DNA of 64,000 nucleotides from Candidatus Omnitrophota bacterium. Its GTDB lineage: Bacteria > Omnitrophota > Gorgyraeia > Gygaellales > Profunditerraquicolaceae. Positions 1 through 9,491 of the stretch are shown here, piece by piece. The translations under genes and the position numbers were made by a program. Location of the stretch: NCBI GenBank assembly GCA_028716965.1, contig JAQUOV010000004.1, forward strand, positions 8,377-72,376. Direction: 5' to 3'. Positions within the stretch are counted from its first letter, which is position 1. Each line of letters begins with the position of its first letter. The notes below the pieces were generated by a model. The model was not told where the DNA came from. It did no database searches and saw nothing but the letters and a program-made list of their open reading frames with translations.

Positions 1-3
1 AAA

Positions 4-504
4 ATGCCTAGTGAAATATCTGTCGAAGTGATCGCTTCAAAGATTCTAATGATTCGCGGTAAAAGGGTTATGCTGGATAGAGATTTGGCTAACCTTTATG
101 AAGTTGATACAAGACAATTAACCCGCCAGGTAAGACGTAATATTGATAGATTCCCGGATGATTTTATGTTTCAGTTAACGAGGGAGGAACTCCAAAACTT
201 GATGTGCCAAATTGGCACATCAAGTTGGGGCGGTAATCGTAAGTTTCCTTATGTTTTTACTGAACAGGGTGTGGCTATGCTTTCGGGAGTGTTACGCAGC
301 AAGAGAGCCATACAGGTAAATATTCAAATTATGCGTGCTTTTATCCAATTAAAACGCTTGTTATTAGCTAACGTAGATCTTAGGCGTAAGATTGAAGGGA
401 TGGAGAAGAAATACGATAAGCAATTTGCAATCGTATTTCAGGCTATTAAACAGCTGTTAGAGTCGGCTCCGGTAAAAGAAAAAAGGATAACCGGTTTTCG
501 TTAG
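4..504 (+). CDS. ORF6N / KilA-N-like DNA-binding domain protein
   Basis: 166 aa; N-terminal pattern KILMIRGKRVMLDRDLANLYEVDTRQLTRQVRRNIDRFPDDFMFQLT is typical of ORF6N-domain proteins (often annotated as antirepressor/Rha-like). First gene of window, so upstream context is unknown. Confidence 0.6.
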   Translation: MPSEISVEVIASKILMIRGKRVMLDRDLANLYEVDTRQLTRQVRRNIDRFPDDFMFQLTREELQNLMCQIGTSSWGGNRKFPYVFTEQGVAMLSGVLRSKRAIQVNIQIMRAFIQLKRLLLANVDLRRKIEGMEKKYDKQFAIVFQAIKQLLESAPVKEKRITGFR

Positions 505-642
505 ATATAAAGACGTTTTATATAACCCACCCAGCCTCTTCGATTTACAAAACAATTCTTTGCAATCAAGAAAAAACAATTGTCTCATAACCTTAAGATA
601 TATAAATAGATATATAAAGCGTCTTTGAAACTTTGAAAATGT

Positions 643-670
643 TTGCCAAAAACAGTATTTCTGTTATAAT
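643..670 (+). promoter_or_regulatory. Candidate sigma70-type promoter for purB (TTGCCA, 16 nt, TGnTATAAT)
   Basis: TTGCCA at 643-648; extended -10 TGTTATAAT at 662-670. AAGGAG RBS at 692-697 precedes ATG 702. Sits in an AT-rich 200-bp leader. Confidence 0.4.
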
Positions 671-701
671 ATATTTCCCTAAAGATTAAGAAGGAGATGA
701 G

Positions 702-1994
702 ATGATTGAACGTTACAGCCTGCCGGAAATGAAAGCCATCTGGCAGGAGGAGTTTAAGTTTAAGACCATGCTGTTGATTGAGATACTGGCGCTTGAGGCC
801 TACTCTCAAAAAAAGATCGTCCCGCCGCAGGCAGTAGAACGCATCAAACAAAAAGCCAGGTTCAACCTTACCGAAATCCGCAGGATTGAAGAGAGGACAC
901 AACATGATGTTGTAGCTTTTGTCTCTAATGTAGCCCAATATATAGGAAAAGACGCCCAATATCTGCATATGGGCCTTACCTCTTCCGATATACTGGATAC
1001 TACCCTGGGGGTGCAGCTAAAATCCGCTTCCGATATATTGATTGAAGATTTAGAAAAGCTATTGCAGGTCCTGGCGAAAAAAGCCGGTGTTTATAAAGAT
1101 ATGGCCTGTATCGGACGCACGCACGGGGTGCATGCCGAGCCGACTACATTTGGCTTAAAGCTGGCGCTCTGGTTTGATGAAACATCCAGGAACCTGGCGC
1201 GTTTAAAGCAAGCCAAAGATGAAATTTGTGTAGGAAAGCTTTCCGGGGCCGTAGGCACATATTCCAATATTGAGCCGTTTGTAGAAAGTTATGTCTGCAG
1301 GAAGCTTGCCCTTAAGCCGGTGAACATCGCAACGCAGGTAATACAGAGGGATGTATACGCACAATATATAGCTACTCTTGCGGTTATCGGAGCTTCCCTG
1401 GAAAAATTCGCTACCGAAATCCGGCATTTGCAAAAGACAGAGGTCCTGGAAGCGGAAGAGCCTTTTGGCAAGGGCCAGAAGGGTTCAAGCGCCATGCCGC
1501 ATAAGCGCAACCCGGTGATCTGTGAACGTATCTGCGGGTTAGCGCGCCTGTTGCGCGCCAACGCCCAGGTAGCTTTAGAGAATGTCGCGCTCTGGCATGA
1601 AAGGGATATCAGCCATTCTTCGGTTGAGCGCGTGATCTTCCCGGATTCTACTTTGGCCCTGGATTATATGCTCAATAAGTTTATGGAGGTAGTCTCCGGG
1701 ATGAAGGTGTATCCGGAAAACATGCTTTCTAACCTGGCAAAGACGCGCGGACTGATCTTTTCGCAGCGGGTGTTGATTGCTTTAATGAATAAAGGCTTGT
1801 CCCGCACAAAGGCATACGATTTAGTGCAAAAAGCAGCTATGAAGACCTGGAGCGGAACAGGAAATTTTAAAGATAATCTTTTATCTATTCCGGAGGCAGC
1901 GAAATACTTAAGCGCCAAAGAACTGGATAAGATATTTGACCTGGATTATTATCTGCGTAACGTAAATAAGATTTTTAAGAAGGTCGGTTTATAG
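702..1994 (+). CDS. purB: Adenylosuccinate lyase
   Basis: 430 aa. Fumarate-lyase family signature GSSAMPHKRNP; N-terminus MIERYSLPEMKAIW is typical of PurB. Confidence 0.9.
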   Translation: MIERYSLPEMKAIWQEEFKFKTMLLIEILALEAYSQKKIVPPQAVERIKQKARFNLTEIRRIEERTQHDVVAFVSNVAQYIGKDAQYLHMGLTSSDILDTTLGVQLKSASDILIEDLEKLLQVLAKKAGVYKDMACIGRTHGVHAEPTTFGLKLALWFDETSRNLARLKQAKDEICVGKLSGAVGTYSNIEPFVESYVCRKLALKPVNIATQVIQRDVYAQYIATLAVIGASLEKFATEIRHLQKTEVLEAEEPFGKGQKGSSAMPHKRNPVICERICGLARLLRANAQVALENVALWHERDISHSSVERVIFPDSTLALDYMLNKFMEVVSGMKVYPENMLSNLAKTRGLIFSQRVLIALMNKGLSRTKAYDLVQKAAMKTWSGTGNFKDNLLSIPEAAKYLSAKELDKIFDLDYYLRNVNKIFKKVGL

Positions 1995-2032
1995 TATTTT
2001 TAATCCTTCCTTTTAAAGCCTCTTGGATAGAT

Positions 2033-4972
2033 ATGCAGTATAAAATAGAAGTAGTGGATAAACCCGGTATTTTTGACGCCATCGGCCAGGGTGTAAGGAA
2101 GGATATTCTTGACCTGGGGATAAACAGCGTTAAAGAGGTCAAGTTCATCCAGTGCTATATCCTCGAGGGTAATCTTACCGAAAACCAAGCCATTACAATC
2201 TGCCGGGAGCTTTTAACGGATAAAGTAGCGCAAGAGTACAGGATTGTATCTTCTTCCGGAAAAGCCCCTCTTAAAGCCAATCACCCGGCCTTATCGGATA
2301 GACCGGTGCGCGCCTCTGCGCTGCAGCATATAGTAGAAATCGCTTATAACCCGGGAGTGATGGACCCTGTAGAAGCATCGGTATTAAAAGGTATCCGCGA
2401 CCTGGGGATATTGGGAGCCGAATCAGTTAAGACCGCCAAAAAATATATTCTTTACGGAAAACTTTCCGCATCACAGCTAAAGACCATCTCGGAAAAACTT
2501 CTCTATAATAAGCTTATTCAGCATATAGTTGGCCCATCTCTGCCGCAGGGCGATATTAAGCATCAGCCCGGGTACTATTTTAATTTAGTTACAGTGGAGC
2601 TGCTTAAGGCTACAGACGCACGGCTTTTGGAGATAAGCAAGAAAGGCCAGCTCTTCCTGAATTTAGATGAGATGCGCCGGATCCGTGATTATTTCCGTAA
2701 GCAAAAACGCCAGCCCGTTGATTGCGAGCTGGAGACGATCGCCCAGACCTGGTCCGAACACTGTTACCATAAGACATTCCGCGGCAACATCGCCTATAAA
2801 GAAAGCAGGGCCGTTCCCGCCTTAGGGAACATGTCTATTAAAGGCTTGCTTAAGTCCACGATCATGAAGGCGACTAAAGAGTTGAATAAGAGCTGGTGTG
2901 TTTCTGTTTTTAAAGATAACGCCGGGGTGATCCGGTTTGATGAAAAAAACAATATCTGTTTTAAAGTTGAGACGCATAACCATCCGTCGGCCCTGGAGCC
3001 GTTCGGCGGGGCAAATACCGGTATCGGCGGGGTAATCCGCGACCCCATGGGCACGGGAATGGGCGCCAAACCGATCTTAAACAGCGATATATTTTGTTTT
3101 GCGCCGCCGGACCTGGAGTTTAATAAAGTGCCTGCCGGCTCTTTGCATCCGAAGCGGGTGATGAAGGGCGTAGTAAGCGGCGTGCGCGATTACGGCAACA
3201 AGATGGGGATCCCTACGGTAAACGGCGCGATATTGTTCCATAAGGATTTCGCAGGGAACCCGCTGGTATATTGCGGCACAGTGGGGATCATGCCCAAAGA
3301 TAAATCTTTTAAGAAAACCAATCCAGGCGACCTGGTGGTTGTTGTGGGCGGAGCAACCGGAAGGGACGGTATCCACGGAGCGACTTTTTCTTCCGGAGAG
3401 CTGACCCATGAATCCGAAACCATCTCAAGCGGCGCTGTGCAGATCGGCAATCCCATCCAGGAAAAAAAGATACTGGATACTATTTTGCAGGCCCGCGACA
3501 AAAACCTTTATAGCGCAATTACCGATTGCGGAGCAGGAGGCTTATCCAGCGCGGTAGGAGAGATGGGGGCGGAATTAGGGGCTAAAGTTTACCTGGACCG
3601 GGTGCCTTTAAAATACTCCGGACTCTCTTATATGGAGATATGGATATCCGAATCGCAGGAGAGGATGGTATTGTCCGTACCTTGCGGCAACATAGATAAG
3701 TTGATTGAGTTATTTGCCAGCGAAGATGTTGAGGCTACGGTAATCGGAGAGTTTACTAATACCAAAAGGCTTGAGCTTTATTACGAAGATAATCTGGTTT
3801 GTGATTTAGATATGCATTTCTTGCATGACGGCATACCGCAGGTTACCAAAAAAGCAGTATACACGCAGCCCAGGCACAAAGAGCCAAAAATACCTCTAAA
3901 GAAAAATCTTGCCGCCGACTTATTGAAACTGCTTGCGCATTACGATATCTGTTCCAAGGAGTGGATAATCCGGCAATATGACCATGAGGTGCAGGGCGGC
4001 TCGGTGATCAAGCCTTTGACAGGCATTGTCAACGACGGACCCTCTGACGCCAGTGTCACCAGGCCTTTGTTTGGTTGCCGCAAAGGAATAATCATTTCAA
4101 ACGGCATAAATTTCCGTTTTGGTTTTATTGACCCTTACTGGATGGCAGCATCCTGCATCGATGAAGCGTTGCGCCAGATTATTGCAGTGGGGGGGTCGCT
4201 TGAGGAGGTGGCGATACTGGATAATTTCTGCTGGGGCAACCCGGATAAACCCGACCGTTTAGGCAGCCTGGTGCGCGCTGCTTACGGCTGTTATGATGCC
4301 GCTAAAGCATACGGCGTGCCTTTTATCTCCGGCAAAGACAGCCTTTATAATGAATTCAGCGTGCACGGCAGGTCAACGGCTATTCCCGGCACGCTGCTTA
4401 TTTCGGCAATCAGCGTGATGAAAGACATAAATAAATCCGTATCCATGTACGCAAAAGAACCGGGCAATCTGGTCTATATAGCGGGAAAGACCCGCGATGA
4501 ATTAGGCGGCTCGCATTATTATGATTTATATAACGCCATCGGCAACCAGGTGCCTAAACTTAAGTACCGGGAGTCAAAAAGAACATTTACTGCTTTGAGC
4601 AAGGCGGCAGAAAAAGGCCTGGTTGAGTCCATGCATGATTGTTCTGACGGAGGGCTGGCAGTGGCGCTTTCCGAGATGGCTTTTAGCGGAGGCTTGGGCG
4701 CTGAAATATTCTTATCCGAAGCGCCTTATGAATCGTCAAACCCGAGAAATGACTTCCTGCTTTTTTCAGAGTCCAACTCCCGTTTTGTGGTAGAGGTAGA
4801 GAGGAAGAATAAAGAAAGGTTTGAGAAAATATTAAAGGGCGCGGATTTCGGGCTTGCAGGATGCTTAACAGGCGGCAATAATTTCAAGATATACGGCTTA
4901 GACGGCAAGCTTTGCGTGGATGCAGATACGCGTAGATTGAAAGAAAGCTGGCAAAAACCTTTAAGCTGGTAA
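2033..4972 (+). CDS. purL: Phosphoribosylformylglycinamidine synthase, PurS-PurL fusion
   Basis: 979 aa. N-terminal ~80 aa has a PurS-like fold (MQYKIEVVDKPGIFDAIGQ...). Remainder is small-type PurL (AIR-synthase-related domains, GGAANTGIGG-like motifs). The glutaminase subunit PurQ is encoded separately downstream. Confidence 0.9.
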   Translation: MQYKIEVVDKPGIFDAIGQGVRKDILDLGINSVKEVKFIQCYILEGNLTENQAITICRELLTDKVAQEYRIVSSSGKAPLKANHPALSDRPVRASALQHIVEIAYNPGVMDPVEASVLKGIRDLGILGAESVKTAKKYILYGKLSASQLKTISEKLLYNKLIQHIVGPSLPQGDIKHQPGYYFNLVTVELLKATDARLLEISKKGQLFLNLDEMRRIRDYFRKQKRQPVDCELETIAQTWSEHCYHKTFRGNIAYKESRAVPALGNMSIKGLLKSTIMKATKELNKSWCVSVFKDNAGVIRFDEKNNICFKVETHNHPSALEPFGGANTGIGGVIRDPMGTGMGAKPILNSDIFCFAPPDLEFNKVPAGSLHPKRVMKGVVSGVRDYGNKMGIPTVNGAILFHKDFAGNPLVYCGTVGIMPKDKSFKKTNPGDLVVVVGGATGRDGIHGATFSSGELTHESETISSGAVQIGNPIQEKKILDTILQARDKNLYSAITDCGAGGLSSAVGEMGAELGAKVYLDRVPLKYSGLSYMEIWISESQERMVLSVPCGNIDKLIELFASEDVEATVIGEFTNTKRLELYYEDNLVCDLDMHFLHDGIPQVTKKAVYTQPRHKEPKIPLKKNLAADLLKLLAHYDICSKEWIIRQYDHEVQGGSVIKPLTGIVNDGPSDASVTRPLFGCRKGIIISNGINFRFGFIDPYWMAASCIDEALRQIIAVGGSLEEVAILDNFCWGNPDKPDRLGSLVRAAYGCYDAAKAYGVPFISGKDSLYNEFSVHGRSTAIPGTLLISAISVMKDINKSVSMYAKEPGNLVYIAGKTRDELGGSHYYDLYNAIGNQVPKLKYRESKRTFTALSKAAEKGLVESMHDCSDGGLAVALSEMAFSGGLGAEIFLSEAPYESSNPRNDFLLFSESNSRFVVEVERKNKERFEKILKGADFGLAGCLTGGNNFKIYGLDGKLCVDADTRRLKESWQKPLSW

Positions 4973-4984
4973 GGGGGGTTTGAG

Positions 4985-5662
4985 ATGTCTAAAATAAAAT
5001 CGTGCGCTAAAAAAGATATGCTTGCCAGGGATGATTTTATCCAGGATGATACCTGGAGGATATTCCGTATTATGTCGGAGTTCGTGGACGGCTTTGAGAT
5101 ACTTTCCAGGGTAGGCAAGGCGGTTTCTATCTTCGGCTCGGCGCGCGCCAAACCCGAAAGCAGGCATTATAAGCACGCCGAGGAGATAGCTTATAATATC
5201 GCCAAGGCAGGCTACGCCGTAATTACCGGAAGCGGCCCGGGGCTGATGGAAGCTGCCAACAAAGGCGCCCGCAGGGCAGACGGTTATTCTATCGGATTAA
5301 ATATCCAGCTCCCCTGCGAACAGAAGCCGAACAGGTTCGTAGATACTGTTTTGAGCTTCCGTTATTTTTTCGTACGCAAGGTGATGTTTGTAAAATACGC
5401 CAAGGCTTTTGTAATCTTACCCGGAGGGTACGGCACGCTGGATGAGTTCTTTGAAGCAATTACACTTATTCAGACCAACAGGATAGCCAAATTTCCGGTG
5501 GTCCTTTTTGACAGCAAATATTGGAGGCCGTTATTGGATTGGTTGAAGTCCACGGTTTACAAACACGGCAATATAGACAAAGAGGATATGGAGTTGTTTG
5601 TTTTAGCCGATAACCCCAAAGAGGTGGTGCAGGCTATAAAAAGATTTTATGAAAAAGATTAA
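4985..5662 (+). CDS. LOG family protein (cytokinin riboside 5'-monophosphate phosphoribohydrolase-like / nucleotide nucleosidase)
   Basis: 225 aa. Motifs GSGPGLMEAANKGA and PGGYGTLDEFFE are characteristic of the TIGR00730/LOG family. Confidence 0.75.
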   Translation: MSKIKSCAKKDMLARDDFIQDDTWRIFRIMSEFVDGFEILSRVGKAVSIFGSARAKPESRHYKHAEEIAYNIAKAGYAVITGSGPGLMEAANKGARRADGYSIGLNIQLPCEQKPNRFVDTVLSFRYFFVRKVMFVKYAKAFVILPGGYGTLDEFFEAITLIQTNRIAKFPVVLFDSKYWRPLLDWLKSTVYKHGNIDKEDMELFVLADNPKEVVQAIKRFYEKD

Positions 5663-6428
5663 AGTTTGTATTTTAAGAAGCGCAGGCACTAATTGCGACA
5701 AGGAGACCGCAGCGGCATTTAAGATTGCCGGGGCAGAGCCGGAACTATTGCATATCAACAGCCTGGTAAGCCGCAAGCGCGTGCTTGGCGATTTCCATAT
5801 ACTGGCCCTTCCCGGAGGTTTTAGCTATGGCGACGATATTGCCTCGGGTAAAATATTTGCCAATGAGTTAAGGTTTAAGCTGGCGGATTCCCTGCGCCAG
5901 TTCATCGCCGAAGGAAAACTGATCATCGGTATCTGCAATGGTTTCCAGATTTTAGTTAAAAGCGGGCTTCTCCCGGGGTCTAAAGACCTAAAACAAGATA
6001 CCAGCCTGATCATCAATGACTCCGGTAAATTTGAAGCACGCTGGGTGTATCTTAAGCCGGGTGGAAAATGTGTATGGACAAAGGGCTTAAAGAAGGCCAT
6101 CTATCTTCCCGTAGCCCACGGGGAAGGAAAATTTGTCACGCAGGATAGATCTGTATTGAACCGGCTTAAAAAGAACAGGCAGGTTGTTTTTCAATATTGC
6201 GACGCAGAAGGCAGATTGTGCGCTTACCCGGGCAACCCGAACGGCTCAATAGAAAATATTGCCGGCATCACTGACCAGACAGGCAGGATCCTGGGTTTGA
6301 TGCCGCATCCGGAAAGGCATATCTACGCAGCAGCTCATCCGCGTAAATGGGGATTAAGATTTAACCGTGAAGGGGACGGCTTACAAATATTCAGAAATGG
6401 AGTGGAATATGTTAAAGAAAATCTGTGA
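5649..6428 (+). CDS. purQ: Phosphoribosylformylglycinamidine synthase, glutamine amidotransferase subunit
   Basis: 259 aa. Class I GATase with nucleophile in GICNGFQIL; N-terminus MKKIKVCILRSAGTNCD is typical of PurQ. Confidence 0.9.
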   Translation: MKKIKVCILRSAGTNCDKETAAAFKIAGAEPELLHINSLVSRKRVLGDFHILALPGGFSYGDDIASGKIFANELRFKLADSLRQFIAEGKLIIGICNGFQILVKSGLLPGSKDLKQDTSLIINDSGKFEARWVYLKPGGKCVWTKGLKKAIYLPVAHGEGKFVTQDRSVLNRLKKNRQVVFQYCDAEGRLCAYPGNPNGSIENIAGITDQTGRILGLMPHPERHIYAAAHPRKWGLRFNREGDGLQIFRNGVEYVKENL

Positions 6429-7884
6429 ATACAAGCGATGCCTGCCTGCCGACAGGCAGGAGCCAAAAGAGTATTGCGGGTTATTCGGGATAACTAATAA
6501 CAGGCAGGCAGTCTGGCTTACCTACCTTGGGCTTTTTGCCCAGCAGCACCGCGGCCAGGAGGCATGCGGGATCGTGGCGAATAACCAGGGGGTGCTTTCC
6601 ATCCATAAGAATATGGGGTTGGTCAGCGATGTATTCAGCGAGCAGGTGTTAAGCCGCCTGAAAGGGAATATAGCGGTGGGGCATGTGCGGTATTCTACTA
6701 CCGGCTCAAGCGTGTTAAAAAACTCCCAGCCGCTTTTGATTGACTACGCCAACGGCTCTATCTGTATCGCGCATAACGGCAACCTGGTGAATTCGCTTGA
6801 GCTGCGCCAGAAGCTTGAGAAAAGCGGTTCCATCTTTCAGACTACAACCGATTCGGAACTGGTCATCCATCTTATGGCGCGCAGCAATAAGCGCAGCCTG
6901 GAGGACAGCCTGGTTTATGCTTTAAAAAGGGTCAAAGGCGCCTATTCACTGGTATTGATGAACAGCAATTATTTAATCGGCGTAAGGGACCCGCACGGTT
7001 TCCGGCCGCTGGTTTTAGGGAAACTCGGCGCTTCATACTGCCTTGCTTCGGAGACTTGCGCTTTTGATTTGATCGGCGCTAAATTCGTGCGCGAGATTGA
7101 GCCCGGGGAGATAGTGCTGATTAATAACCAGGGTGATATAAAATCAATCAAGCCGAAAGAGCTGCTTGCCTGCCACCATTCGTTTTGTATCTTTGAGCAT
7201 GTTTATTTTTCCCGGCCGGATTCCAATGTCTTCGGCGAGACCGTGCATACTGTCCGGCGCAAGCTGGGCGCGCGATTAGCCAAAGAATACCCGGTAGAAG
7301 CTGATTTTGTGGTCCCGGTGCCGGACTCCGGGTTTTCAGCGGCCCTGGGCTATTCGCAGGAATCAGGTATCCCGTTGGAGATGGGGATCATCCGCAACCA
7401 TTATGTGGGCAGGACATTTATCCAGCCGGCGCAGGATTCCCGGGATATGGGGGTGCGGGTAAAGTTTAATATTTTAAAGGATATCCTTAAGGGCAAGCGC
7501 ATTATCGTAGTTGATGATTCTATTGTGCGCGGCACAACTTCAAAGATCCGCGTGCGCAACCTGCGTAAGGCCGGGGTAAAAGAGGTACATTTGAGGATCT
7601 CCTGCCCGGCGCACCGCTTTCCGTGTTTTTACGGGATTGATTTCCACCGCGCAAGCGAACTGATCGCAAATAAATACGATAGCCTGGAGAAGATCAGTAA
7701 ATATCTTGAGGTAGACAGCCTGGGATATTTAAGCTTAGAAGGGATGTTGGGCTGCCTTAAGCATCCTAAGGAAAGCTATTGCGCTTCATGCTGGACAGGA
7801 AAATACCCGTTAAGGCCGGAGAAGAGGCATAGTAAGTTTTCTTTAGAGAGAAGCTGCTGCGGACAGGGGGAGTTACAAGTATAA
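6409..7884 (+). CDS. purF: Amidophosphoribosyltransferase (propeptide-containing, Fe-S type)
   Basis: Ntn-hydrolase catalytic Cys in CGLFGI after a short propeptide. PRTase motif IIVVDDSIVRGTT. C-terminal Cys cluster (CASCWTGKYP) as in B. subtilis-type PurF. Start chosen at ATG 6409; the ORF is open from 6367. Confidence 0.88.
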   Translation: MLKKICEYKRCLPADRQEPKEYCGLFGITNNRQAVWLTYLGLFAQQHRGQEACGIVANNQGVLSIHKNMGLVSDVFSEQVLSRLKGNIAVGHVRYSTTGSSVLKNSQPLLIDYANGSICIAHNGNLVNSLELRQKLEKSGSIFQTTTDSELVIHLMARSNKRSLEDSLVYALKRVKGAYSLVLMNSNYLIGVRDPHGFRPLVLGKLGASYCLASETCAFDLIGAKFVREIEPGEIVLINNQGDIKSIKPKELLACHHSFCIFEHVYFSRPDSNVFGETVHTVRRKLGARLAKEYPVEADFVVPVPDSGFSAALGYSQESGIPLEMGIIRNHYVGRTFIQPAQDSRDMGVRVKFNILKDILKGKRIIVVDDSIVRGTTSKIRVRNLRKAGVKEVHLRISCPAHRFPCFYGIDFHRASELIANKYDSLEKISKYLEVDSLGYLSLEGMLGCLKHPKESYCASCWTGKYPLRPEKRHSKFSLERSCCGQGELQV

Positions 7885-7898
7885 AATAAGTATTTAGT

Positions 7899-7971
7899 GT
7901 TTTACGGGTCCTGTCGAGCCTTGTTTTCGCCGCACATTGCGGCTCAAATCAAGTCTCGCCACCCGTAAAAC
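7899..7971 (+). repeat. Family B 73-nt nested-hairpin repeat, copy 1 (purF-purM intercistronic)
   Basis: Outer stem GTTTTACGGGT/ACCCGTAAAAC, second stem CGAGCCTTG/CAAGTCTCG, inner hairpin GCCGCAcatTGCGGC. Second copy at 19476-19548. Confidence 0.7.
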
Positions 7972-8000
7972 TAATCAAGCATTTTATACAAAGGAGATAA

Positions 8001-9008
8001 GTGGTGGGGAAAATAACGTATAAGAAATCCGGAGTGGATATTGCCGGCGCCAATGTTTTTAAAAATAAGATAAAAAGTTTAGTCAGGAGATCCTTCCGCA
8101 AAGAGGTGCTTACGGATATCGGGGGTTTCGGCAGCTTCTTTAAATTACATAAGAATCAGTATAAAGACCCGGTGCTTGTCTCATCAAGCGACGGGGTGGG
8201 GACAAAACTGGTAATTGCAAAGCTGGTTAATAAGCATGATACAGTCGGAATTGATGCGGTGGCGATGAATGTTAACGACATCCTTTGCACCGGAGCCCAG
8301 CCGCTTTTCTTCCTGGATTATGTGGCTTTCAGCAAGGTCAAGGAGGATGTTTTAATTGATGTAGTAAGCGGAATAAATAAAGGTTGCATAGAGAGCGGTT
8401 GCTCGCTTATCGGAGGCGAGACCGCGCAGATGCCTGGGATGTATAAAGACGGTGAATACGATATCGCCGGTTTCTGCGTGGGGGTTGTAGAAAGGAATAA
8501 GATAATTAACGGCAAAAAGATTGAAGTTGGCGATAAGATAATCGGCATTGCCTCAAGCGGCCTGCATTCTAACGGCTATTCTTTGGTAAGAAAAGTTTTT
8601 AATCCCGCAGAACTAAAGAGAATGGGCGCGGAGCTGCTTAAACCTACGCGCATTTATGTTAAGCCTGTCTTAGAGATATTGCGCCAGTACGCAGAATCCG
8701 TCCATGGGGTAGCCCATATTACCGGAGGAGCATTTTACGATAAGATAAGCCGCGTATTGCCGAAAAATATTAACGCCCGTATAGAGAAGAATTCCTGGAT
8801 GCCACCCGAAATATTCCGCCTCATCCAGAGGAAAGGTAATATTGAAGATAAAGAGATGTATCATACCCTGAATATGGGCATTGGCCTGATTTTAGTTGTC
8901 AATGCGCAAGAAGCTTCAGCAATAATCAAGAAATTATCTGAATTGAAATTAAGGTCCTGGGTCATCGGCCAGGCAGTAAAGGGCAGGAGAAAGGTTGAGG
9001 TAGTATAG
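8001..9008 (+). CDS. purM: Phosphoribosylformylglycinamidine cyclo-ligase (AIR synthetase)
   Basis: 335 aa, GTG start after AAGGAG. PurM motifs GGFGSFF, SSSDGVGTKL, GGETAQMPG. Confidence 0.9.
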   Translation: MVGKITYKKSGVDIAGANVFKNKIKSLVRRSFRKEVLTDIGGFGSFFKLHKNQYKDPVLVSSSDGVGTKLVIAKLVNKHDTVGIDAVAMNVNDILCTGAQPLFFLDYVAFSKVKEDVLIDVVSGINKGCIESGCSLIGGETAQMPGMYKDGEYDIAGFCVGVVERNKIINGKKIEVGDKIIGIASSGLHSNGYSLVRKVFNPAELKRMGAELLKPTRIYVKPVLEILRQYAESVHGVAHITGGAFYDKISRVLPKNINARIEKNSWMPPEIFRLIQRKGNIEDKEMYHTLNMGIGLILVVNAQEASAIIKKLSELKLRSWVIGQAVKGRRKVEVV

Positions 9009-9023
9009 GGGGAGGCAATCAGG

Positions 9024-9491
9024 ATGGACGCTTATATAGAATTATTAAAAGAGTCTTATTATAAAGAGCGTAAAAAGCTTGAGGGGATGTGGATTTTTAA
9101 TCAAGAAGGGAAGCTAAGATTTCTGGCGGCAAGAAAAGAGATGCTGGATAAGGCTAAAGAGAACCTTTCCATATCACAAATGTTAGGCCGGCAGGATATT
9201 ACAGAAGATATTAAGGAAAATTTACTGCGCGACCGCAATAATGCAGAAAAAATAGAGGAATATTTGAAGAAGGCTATTGAGGGCGAGTTTTCGAATATTG
9301 AAAATGATGAAAAGGCGGAATTGAGGAACTCACAATATTCTTGCGATGATTACGCGGAATATGTATTGCAGATAGAGAAGGTAAATGCCCTGGAGGCGGA
9401 ATTAGAAAATAACCGTATGTTCTCTGATGCGGTTTATGAAGAGCAGAAAGCAATTGCCGAAGGTAAGAATAAAACAGGAGGTGGGGAATGA
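9024..9491 (+). CDS. Hypothetical coiled-coil protein
   Basis: 155 aa, charged and K/E-rich, no recognisable motif. Start overlaps the next gene, suggesting co-translation with the SPFH protein. Confidence 0.5.
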   Translation: MDAYIELLKESYYKERKKLEGMWIFNQEGKLRFLAARKEMLDKAKENLSISQMLGRQDITEDIKENLLRDRNNAEKIEEYLKKAIEGEFSNIENDEKAELRNSQYSCDDYAEYVLQIEKVNALEAELENNRMFSDAVYEEQKAIAEGKNKTGGGE

